Source of the DNA: Amoeboradix gromovi X-113
Lineage: Eukaryota; Fungi; Sanchytriomycota
DNA length: 8,880 bases
Direction: 5' to 3'
Assembly: GCA_018985225.1 (NCBI GenBank)
Contig: JADGIF010000420.1
Coordinates: 1-8,880 of the forward strand
In this document: positions 1 to 6,657 of the stretch, in pieces
How positions within the stretch are numbered: the stretch's first letter is position 1
Layout of the letters: each line of letters begins with the position of its first letter
Position numbers and translations under genes: made by a program
Notes under the pieces: model-generated
The model's database searches: none
What the model was told of the DNA's origin: nothing
The model's input: only the letters and a program-made list of their open reading frames with translations

Positions 1-2
1 CG

Positions 3-179
3 ACAAGGATTTTCCCTACTGAAGTAATATTGAACAGTATAAAACTTTTCCAGGGTTATGATACATCGGTTTGGATACAACAGTCCTACAGAGCTTTTGC
101 TCACTCAGTAGTATCACGTCGATACTACAAACCCAAGATTTACAGAGGAAGAAAAGCATCAACTGTTGAAGCTCTTTAG
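3..179 (+). CDS. Possible 3' end of a gene entering from the left edge; product unknown
   Basis: Frame 3 is open from the edge to TAG 177-179 (TRIFPTEV...RRYYKPKIYRGRKASTVEAL). A competing frame-1 reading (58-222, one internal TAG at 109) also looks protein-like, so the frame is uncertain. Confidence 0.25.
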   Translation, partial: TRIFPTEVILNSIKLFQGYDTSVWIQQSYRAFAHSVVSRRYYKPKIYRGRKASTVEAL

Positions 180-236
180 AATGTTGGTGGCCAAAAAGGC
201 GCCGGGAACAATAAGTTCTTAAATTAAAAAATTTGA

Positions 237-259
237 CATTTTAAATCTTCAACGGTGTA
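237..259. mobile_element. Putative solitary right end of an IS630/Tc1-mariner-like element
   Basis: CATTTTAAATCTTCAACGGTG followed by TA. It resembles, from memory and unverified, terminal repeats common in giant-virus contigs. TA is the established IS630/Tc1 target. No full partner in the window. Confidence 0.3.
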
Positions 260-265
260 AAGGAA

Positions 266-1179
266 TAAAAGATGTAGTTTGTAAGCTCTTGTTTATTAGG
301 AAACCAAAGAGCTTCTGGTTTCTTATTTTAACTAATAAATCTTGTTTATTTTTCATAATCAAAATCCAATAGACCATTTACATGGAATGACATTTAATAT
401 ACGCCATCCATCTAAACAGAATATATATTTGATTTATCACTTCTCTTTGATGTCACGCGGAAAATATAATCAATTGATTGGGTCAACATCGAATTTCATA
501 ATCGCTGTTATTGCTGAGTAGATCTCTATAGTTAATCAGCGATTAAAGCAAGTGAATGTAGCCTCTGTATTATTTTCATCCAGCCTTGCTTTGATATAAT
601 CAATTTGCTAACATAAAAATTCATACAAGTAGTCATGAGCACTTTCCCTCCAGCGTGCTGCGCTAACATGCTGGTATAAACATATTAAAGAAATACACCT
701 GATCGTGAAATTGAAAACAATTTATTAATCAAATTTTTACAGACCGCCAACTAACGACATAAACTTCATAGTATGTTAGAACAGGATGAGTCCACTCCTG
801 GCAATCGTTTGCCTGGACTCAAGGTACCATGCTCCTAGGTTTCTTGGATAACAACTCAGTTAAGGTCTCAACGTTATAAGACGTATCCTATTATATTCTA
901 TCCGAGTATTGCATAGATGAAGTACAGCAACAATAATCCGTGCCATGTGAAAAACGAATTTGCGTGAGCGGATAAAGCGCTAAAGACTTTGTGACCAAGT
1001 AATGGAATTACAATGACAAGTTATAATTTGAAATTGGCATGATTTGGATTGATGCTGCTCCAATCAGACCTGCTGTGCAAGTGCTAAATAATTATTTAAA
1101 CGGCTACGCTCCCGAGTAACAATGATGCTTATCTTTGCACTAGCTCTATTGGCTTAGGAATCTTCGAATACAGTTATAT
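266..1179 (+). pseudogene. Degenerate or recoded coding relic (many in-frame TAA, one frameshift)
   Basis: 10 of 12 TGA trinucleotides in 388-787 fall in one frame, the NNT-GAN pattern expected if + frame 2 is coding. Frame 2 (266 to about 800) then frame 1 (about 800-1122) contain 18 TAA/TAG but only one TGA (515). Confidence 0.35.
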
Positions 1180-1279
1180 GGGACATGCTCTGTAAAAACT
1201 AGACTAGGGGTAAAAAGTGGGTGACGAGATAAAGTCAATTGAAGTTTTTTCTCGACAATACTCTGTAAAAACTAGACTA
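1180..1279 (+). repeat. 100-bp left-end module, copy 1
   Basis: 94/100 identical to 2051-2150. Holds the 19-bp direct repeat CTCTGTAAAAACTAGACTA at 1188-1206 and 1261-1279, with an imperfect palindrome (1222-1257) between them. Confidence 0.95.
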
Positions 1280-1481
1280 TGAGTTGTTTCAGGTTTTTTA
1301 ATCTAATGATTGTTTTGTAATCCGTGTGCTGTAATAAATTTAATTTTCACCGTTGAATCAATAGTTGCCTTATGTCTATAGAACCAGAATGAATGAAAAA
1401 GCAAGGGAATAGATGTACAGGATATTTATTTTTGAAATTTCGATACAGATTGCGAAGTCTAGTTTTTATAGATCAGGTCCT
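1180..1481. mobile_element. Non-autonomous TIR element (MITE-like), about 300 bp
   Basis: 1181-1205 GGACATGCTCTGTAAAAACTAGACT matches the reverse complement of 1456-1480 (GGACCTGATCTATAAAAACTAGACT) at 22/25. No ORF inside. Flanks are ATAT and AATT, so no perfect target-site duplication (TSD). Confidence 0.72.
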
Positions 1482-1699
1482 AATTTGTAAACTACTTCAA
1501 TAATTGAAATTGACAAAAAAACAGGAAAATAGAAGTGGATCAGGCCACCCATCAATCTTGTTTATTTTGGACCATAGCCAGCACCCACTGCAGCTAGTCT
1601 TCAGCTCGAGGCACGATCAGTCTTATGGGTCTGATTTCTACCAGCGATTAGTCAAAATGTAATTCATGTTGGTCTTACTTTGACTTTTGAAACGTTGTT

Positions 1700-2095
1700 A
1701 TGGTGTTTTCAATTTTTGATATCACCGCTTTGGATCCTAAACTAGAAAGAGAAATTACAAAGCTAAAAGTATCTTATGGTAAACTATCGAAAAAATCTAA
1801 GCAAAAAAAGAAAAAAAAAGATAAATATAAATGTGGGGTATCGTTTTGTAGAGGTTTAAAGATCGCATTATGGGTTGTTTATATAGTTGGAAATTGGTTA
1901 CTTTATTTTTATCTAAGTGATAGTCGTCTTATTACTGCTATATTAAACACTGTTTGTGGTATTTTGGCATTTATAGAATTGGCCATTTTGGCATTTGTAA
2001 AAGCAAAATTAGAACCAGATTCAGAGTTAGAAATACAGATTTCAACATTAGGGACACGCTCTGTAAAAACTAGACTAGGGGTGAAAAGCGGGTGA
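1700..2095 (+). CDS. Two-transmembrane protein with Lys-rich N-terminal region, 3'-truncated by the repeat element
   Basis: 131-aa ORF with two hydrophobic segments (IALWVVYIVGNWLLYFYL; LITAILNTVCGILAFIELAILAFV). The last 14 aa (GTRSVKTRLGVKSG) and the TGA lie inside the module starting at 2051. Confidence 0.7.
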   Translation: MVFSIFDITALDPKLEREITKLKVSYGKLSKKSKQKKKKKDKYKCGVSFCRGLKIALWVVYIVGNWLLYFYLSDSRLITAILNTVCGILAFIELAILAFVKAKLEPDSELEIQISTLGTRSVKTRLGVKSG

Positions 2096-2150
2096 CGAGA
2101 TAAAGCCAATTGAAGTTTTTTCTCGACAATACTCTGTTAAAAGTAGACTA
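2051..2150 (+). repeat. 100-bp left-end module, copy 2
   Basis: Six substitutions versus 1180-1279. Similarity drops right after the second 19-bp repeat. Confidence 0.95.
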
Positions 2151-2240
2151 GATTGTTCTAAAATATAATCAGTTCGGCCATAGTATTTATACACATTCCA
2201 TATTAATAGGTAAGTGTTTTAGTGTAATTTGATATCATAT

Positions 2241-2462
2241 TTATTCACTATCATCGCTATCTTCTGCTGGTTCATTATTATATTCAAATTGAATAACCTG
2301 TTTTTGGAAATCACTTAAAGTCAAAGTCCATTGGAATGATCCCCCTCTAGGACAGACAATATTTAAAATGTTTTGATCCAATTCTATTTTCTCTTTTAAA
2401 TATAAATACACTTTTCGATAAATCTCAGCTCTTACAGGTTCGTCATCATTTTGACCAATCAA
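2241..2462 (-). CDS. Hypothetical protein, probably a 5'-truncated fragment with acidic tail
   Basis: 73 open codons, non-ATG start, acidic C-terminus PAEDSDDSE, AATAAA overlapping the stop. Confidence 0.45.
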   Translation of the reverse strand: MIGQNDDEPVRAEIYRKVYLYLKEKIELDQNILNIVCPRGGSFQWTLTLSDFQKQVIQFEYNNEPAEDSDDSE

Positions 2463-2537
2463 CTCGCAGGAAAAACTTGATTTGAATGGGACCTAAAACG
2501 TGTTAAAAATTGGTTTTCCAATAAAAGACGTAAATAA
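2414..2537 (+). pseudogene. Homeodomain relic
   Basis: 2460-2537 reads QLAGKT*FEWDLKRVKNWFSNKRRK*, with the helix-3 signature WFxNxR. 2414-2458 in another frame reads FDKSQLLQVRHHFDQ, matching helix-1 spacing F8/Q12/L13/F20. Confidence 0.6.
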
Positions 2538-2606
2538 TAAATGAAATTTGGCCATTCGATCAAATCTAAAATTTTTATTTAAAATAAAGTAATATCCTTG
2601 AATCAC

Positions 2607-2822
2607 ATGAGTATTTTATCATTTTTTTCCAAAAAACGTGAGGATAAAGAAATAAAAAGACAACAGGAAATAGATGAGCATAAAAGATACATTGCAAAGG
2701 TTTGCAACGATTTCTCTTTAGTACTTGAAGAAAAAAAACAAAAAGAACGATTGGAACGTGAAAAAATCTTTGGCATTAAAAGAAGTGGCATAAAAACAAT
2801 TCAAAGCGAAACACTTTATTAA
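2607..2822 (+). CDS. Small highly charged hypothetical protein (71 aa from ATG 2607)
   Basis: K/E/R-rich ORF; first ATG at 2607; AATAAA at 2822-2827 at the stop. Confidence 0.55.
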   Translation: MSILSFFSKKREDKEIKRQQEIDEHKRYIAKVCNDFSLVLEEKKQKERLEREKIFGIKRSGIKTIQSETLY

Positions 2823-2849
2823 ATAAAATCATTTATTTCAAAATATTTT

Positions 2850-3644
2850 ATGGAACTTTGGATTACCATCGTTTCATTTTTATTTTCTGCTCTTTCTATT
2901 TGTGTTACGGCGGGAATTGGTTGTTACATTTTTAAACGAGCACCTCGTTTAGCTTTTAATTACACAGATTATACTTCATTTTAAAAGAACGCTCTGATTC
3001 TTTTAAAGAGATAACTAATTGGTATAAAATAAAATTTAACGGCGAAACCCGCAAAACGTATTCTATTGGACTAGCTTTTTTAAATGAACTATCTTATTTA
3101 GTTGGAGGAGACGCCGAATTGTTTGAAATCTTTCAGCGTTCCGTTGGAGTTGCTCCTGTTTCTCCTTTGTGAAGATTGATAAATTTTCACCGATCAAATT
3201 GTAGACATTTCAATGATGAATGTGATGGAATTCTTGTTTCGATTGGTATTCATTTGAATGAAGATTCACTCATTGCTGTAGAAGCAACACCTCAAAATAA
3301 TACTACAGAAGAAACACATCAAATTAATACTACAGAAGCACAGACTCAAACCGATAGTACAGAAGTAGAAACTCAAGTTAAGACGAAAGCAAAATCTAAC
3401 CTTCGTAGTAATTTAATTAAAAGTTATCGCATTCGTACTATTATTTAATGTAGCAGAGGAAGAAATCAAAATATTGTTTTTAATTAAGAAGGATTTAGAA
3501 GAAAGAAATGGTAGAAAACCTCTTATAAATGAATTAACAAACTGTTTTGATAAAAAGATTGAAAGCAATAGTGCAAATTTTAATAGGGAAATTATACTTT
3601 TAGAAGAAGAAAATTATTTGCAACAATTGAATTTAAGGGGCTAA
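2850..3644 (+). pseudogene. Disrupted N-terminally membrane-anchored protein (about 265 codons)
   Basis: ATG 2850 starts MELWITIVSFLFSALSICVTAGIGCYIF (TM-like). Frameshift at about 2960-2982 into a frame open to TGA 3170, same frame continuing as ORF 3176-3448, second frameshift at about 3420 into a frame open 3417-3644. Confidence 0.6.
3272..3379 (+). repeat. Four degenerate 27-nt (9-aa) tandem coding repeats
   Basis: IAVEATPQN / NTTEETHQI / NTTEAQTQT / DSTEVETQV; E at position 4 and Q at position 8 in every unit. Confidence 0.8.
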
Positions 3645-3765
3645 TATAATTTCAGTTAAATAAAGTCTATTTGCGTAAAACATCAAAAGCGCTTTAAGCA
3701 CGGGAACGATAAAAATTATGAGATGCAAAGAAATGATGTTTATTAATTTAAGCATTTATTTTTTC

Positions 3766-3826
3766 TGGTCTCGATTTTACAGAGTAATATAGGTGAAACC
3801 AATCCTAGTCTCGTTTTCATAGTGCA
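3766..3826 (-). repeat. Diverged, inverted pair of the element's core motif (possible right end)
   Basis: Reverse complement of 3766-3788 matches 1257-1279 at 19/23; reverse complement of 3804-3826 matches 1186-1208 at 19/23. Motifs are 40 bp apart (73 bp in the left module). The terminal GGGACA is not conserved. Confidence 0.7.
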
Positions 3827-4023
3827 ACTTCAGAGTTGTGTTAAATAACGCATCATTTCAAGAACTGAGGTCTGATCATCATCAAACAAGGATTGAAAGA
3901 TACCCTTCGTTACCTTTATTCAAAATCATCATTTTTGTTTTTTCAAATTTTTTGAGATGGTCTATAAATCACAGAGTGCTTCCCACAACTTCATACTTTA
4001 CACGAAATTCTTGCGATAAATCA

Positions 4024-4557
4024 ATGACATATTTCAACATTTTAGTATCATACGAATCAATAGTATCTTACAAGTCAAATCAGATAATCATAATCGACGA
4101 GACGACGAATAAAATTCTTGCAGAAATGGGCGGCGCATATGATGAAATATATAGAAATATTGTAGACAAGACGTATAAGCCAATGCTTTCTATTAAAAAC
4201 AAAGCATCCGTACAACCCACAACTCTTGGTGGAAGTTTAGCTATAAACGTCAAGTATGAACAGATATTATTACATACTAAAAGAGAGGCATCAACGTATG
4301 TGTTCAAGTTATTAAACCCTTTGATAGAAAAAGTCAAAGCAAAATTGAGAGAACATCCTTCTCTTGAGATTAAATGGTATTATGATGCTATAAAAGAGAC
4401 TTCGGAATATCTGAACGAGACAGATGAATTTCAGTCAAAAGCACTTTGCTGTTTAAACCAAATATCTGACGAACTCCATAATACTTGTACATGTATAAAT
4501 GTCGGTCCTAAAATACAAAACTTTCTTGAAAATTTAAAGTATTGTAAAAAATGTTGA
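4024..4557 (+). CDS. Hypothetical protein (177 aa), Cys-rich C-terminus
   Basis: First ATG of the 3838-4557 ORF is at 4024. No family recognised. Confidence 0.7.
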   Translation: MTYFNILVSYESIVSYKSNQIIIIDETTNKILAEMGGAYDEIYRNIVDKTYKPMLSIKNKASVQPTTLGGSLAINVKYEQILLHTKREASTYVFKLLNPLIEKVKAKLREHPSLEIKWYYDAIKETSEYLNETDEFQSKALCCLNQISDELHNTCTCINVGPKIQNFLENLKYCKKC

Positions 4558-4735
4558 TAAGAAGAAAATTTCTGATTTATTTTTTGTTCCAGCTATATCA
4601 TCAGACGAACGCAACATTGTCTATAAGAACTATAGCGTGATATGTGCAGCGTATATTACATTTAACAAAGACTGATAAATTTTCAATAAACAAAATTTAT
4701 ACTAGAACAATAAGTAATTAATTAGACTAATTCTT

Positions 4736-5083
4736 CTATTGAACGATTTGAAAATTGAGATGAGTTTGACTTTCCTCATTGAATTCATTTATCTCTTCAA
4801 TGAATGCACCAGCAGCCTTGTAAAATGCAAATCGTTCTTTGGGTCTACTTATGTTGCTATCCAATATTTGATAATACTTTCGTATCAATTCTCTTTTATC
4901 CCTTGTTAATTGCAGATATACTGTCATTAATGATAGTGTAGTCTCTGAATATTTTTCAATCTTTAAATCATTCAATTCATCCATCTTTTTATCAGTTTCA
5001 AGATAAAATCCTGTTTGCGTCCATTTTTTATACTCTTCGTCCAATGTTAAGCTATTGAAAATAGTTAAAAAGAAGAAAAGCAT
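4736..5083 (-). CDS. Hypothetical helical protein with a signal-peptide-like N-terminus
   Basis: 115-aa ATG-started ORF: MLFFFLTIFNSLT, then charged amphipathic sequence. Confidence 0.6.
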   Translation of the reverse strand: MLFFFLTIFNSLTLDEEYKKWTQTGFYLETDKKMDELNDLKIEKYSETTLSLMTVYLQLTRDKRELIRKYYQILDSNISRPKERFAFYKAAGAFIEEINEFNEESQTHLNFQIVQ

Positions 5084-5099
5084 TTTAAAACACTGGAGA

Positions 5100-5540
5100 A
5101 TGACGAGTGTCTACGTGTTGAAATTAGAACAAGGTAAATACTACGTTGGCAAGACAAACAATATAGATAGGCGAATTGAAGAGCATTTCTCAAGTCAAGG
5201 ATGCGAATGGACTAGTTCGTATAAACCTATAGAAATTATCGAAACGGTTGAGAATGTAGATGATTTGTATGAGGATTTCATAGTTAAAAGATATATGAGA
5301 GACTTTGGAATCGATAATGTAAGAGGCGGTGCTTATGTTCAATTGGAACTGTCCTTTTCGAGTGAGTACTCTATTTTCAGAGAAATTGCTGCATCAAAAG
5401 ATGCTTGTATGCGATGTTTTAGAGTTGGTCATTTTATTGGAAGTTGTACTGCTAAAACGTATGCGAATGGTAAAAAAATAGTTGTTTGTTATCGGTGTGG
5501 ACAAGATGGTCACTACGCAGACGTATGTCAAGAATACTAG
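5100..5540 (+). CDS. GIY-YIG endonuclease with two C-terminal CCHC zinc knuckles
   Basis: VYVLKLEQGKYYVGKT, followed by RR..EH, a candidate catalytic Glu in YED and NVRGG. Two C-X2-C-X4-H-X4-C motifs (CMRCFRVGHFIGSC, CYRCGQDGHYADVC). ATG at 5100. Confidence 0.92.
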   Translation: MTSVYVLKLEQGKYYVGKTNNIDRRIEEHFSSQGCEWTSSYKPIEIIETVENVDDLYEDFIVKRYMRDFGIDNVRGGAYVQLELSFSSEYSIFREIAASKDACMRCFRVGHFIGSCTAKTYANGKKIVVCYRCGQDGHYADVCQEY

Positions 5541-5545
5541 AGTAA

Positions 5546-5805
5546 AATTTTGAAGATATTTTATGAATTGGCAAGCATTATGTCTTTATGTATAAATCTG
5601 AATATCCTGGTGTCGCGTATTATAAGAAATTGATTAATTATTCTGTAGAATTTAATACGCTAATGAAGATGATTTGAGTCAGAATAATAATTTATTTACT
5701 TCTGAATCGTTAAAACCATTGGAATTAAATGAAAGAAAGAAACATGATATCAGTCACTCATTGAGATATATTCCAGAAGAACATCATGCATTTTATGGTG
5801 TTTGA
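5546..5805 (+). pseudogene. C-terminal relic of a eukaryotic DNA-transposase-like protein (Sola/DUF7869-associated type)
   Basis: IGKHYVFMYKSEYPGVAYYKKLIN, frameshift at about 5660, then LKPLELNERKKHDISHSLRYIPEEHHAFYGV* followed by AATAAA. Family assignment is from recalled motifs (F.Y....PG....K and K..D....L.YIP..HH.FY), not from a search. Confidence 0.45.
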
Positions 5806-5944
5806 ATAAATAGTTATGTCTTAACCTTGTATTAATATTACCATTAGCAGAGTATAAATATCTAAATACCGCAGCTATTAACTATTCATCATCTTGCAAC
5901 CCAAAAGATGACCAGTTAATATTTGGAATTTCATTATTTTTCCA

Positions 5945-6181
5945 TTATCTTCCGCGGCTATTGTTATCAATTCTATCTTGACGTACATAATTAATAATAA
6001 CTGAAGAGATTCTAGTGAATTCTATTTCAGAAATTCCAAGATGACGCGAATAATCTTTTACATAAACTTCGATTAAAGGACAATGACGCCTTTGAATTTC
6101 TTCCATTTCATTTCCTTGTAGAAAATTTGCATACGCAGGAAAGCCCTGATAGTATAACATACCACCATTATGGTATTCCAT
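5945..6181 (-). CDS. Hypothetical protein; frame continues past the TAA
   Basis: 78-aa ATG-started ORF. Downstream the same frame reads WKNNEIPNINWSSFGLQDDE*LIAAVFRYLYSANGN. Confidence 0.5.
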   Translation of the reverse strand: MEYHNGGMLYYQGFPAYANFLQGNEMEEIQRRHCPLIEVYVKDYSRHLGISEIEFTRISSVIINYVRQDRIDNNSRGR

Positions 6182-6279
6182 TGATCTTATATTTTAATTT
6201 CTTTAGCCTTAATTGGCTCAAAACAATACGACTATGTCCAATTGGTCCAAGCATTTAAAAACAAGACCTCGCTATTGAT

Positions 6280-6657
6280 ATGGTAATTGGAAGTGCTGTT
6301 GGTGCTACAGGTTGGCCTGGCAATTTCTGTCAAACTGTATTCAATATATTTGCTGCTAACCCTAAATACGATTTAATTAAATTAGCTATCAATGATATTG
6401 AATTATGGCATTCTATAGCTCCCGAAGACTTTCTCAATGAAGAAATGATTGAAACGGTTACTGGTCAGAGATTGTTCGGAAGAAATGTAGTTAGATATCT
6501 CAAGTCTAAAGGTATCGGGCTTAACGATTGTTCAGAAGGACCTGTTAAAATAGGAAGTCTCTATATTGGACCTGTAAATATGTATAACTGTGGAAAAGTA
6601 TTCAACAACATAATATCACCGTACAATGATTTTACAGTTGCGAAGCCAATTGAATAA
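6280..6657 (+). pseudogene. C-terminal half of a GT32-like (Och1/Sur1-type) glycosyltransferase lacking the DXD region
   Basis: FCQTVFNIFAANPKYDLIKLAINDI...IETVTGQRLFGRNV resembles the GT32 pattern FAA.P.HP.L...I..I...TGP.LF. In-frame TAA at 6256 upstream; no DXD motif found. Confidence 0.55.

Noticed and set aside
359-685. Standard-code minus-strand pseudogene
   Set aside because: Needs many stops of all three types; the plus-strand reading is more parsimonious, though not proven.
1188-1279. Mini CRISPR array (19-bp repeat, 54-bp spacer)
   Set aside because: Only two repeats per locus, the spacer is nearly identical in both loci, and there are no cas genes.
338-1568. 15-bp exact repeat AATCTTGTTTATTTT (338-352 and 1554-1568) as evidence of paralogy
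   Set aside because: Similarity barely extends; plausible by chance in AT-rich DNA or explained by the AATAAACAA motif on the minus strand.
1909-2109. 66-aa minus-strand ORF
   Set aside because: Antisense to the 2TM gene, starts inside the repeat with a non-ATG codon; shadow ORF.
2603-2791. 62-aa minus-strand ORF
   Set aside because: Antisense to the K/E-rich ORF; F/S/L-rich composition typical of a shadow.
3838-4023. GTG-started N-terminal extension of the 239-aa ORF
   Set aside because: Non-ATG start right beside the element end in a eukaryote-like context; ATG 4024 preferred.
4080-4337. 85-aa minus-strand ORF
   Set aside because: Fully nested antisense to 4024-4557.
4341-4758. Mimivirus early promoter AAAATTGA (4341, 4751, and 1709 on minus)
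   Set aside because: All exact copies noticed lie inside ORFs, not upstream of starts.
5055-5099. TTG-started extension and GGAG Shine-Dalgarno for the nuclease
   Set aside because: The GIY-YIG motif begins right after Met at 5100, the extension overlaps the divergent gene, and GGAG is only 1 nt from the ATG.
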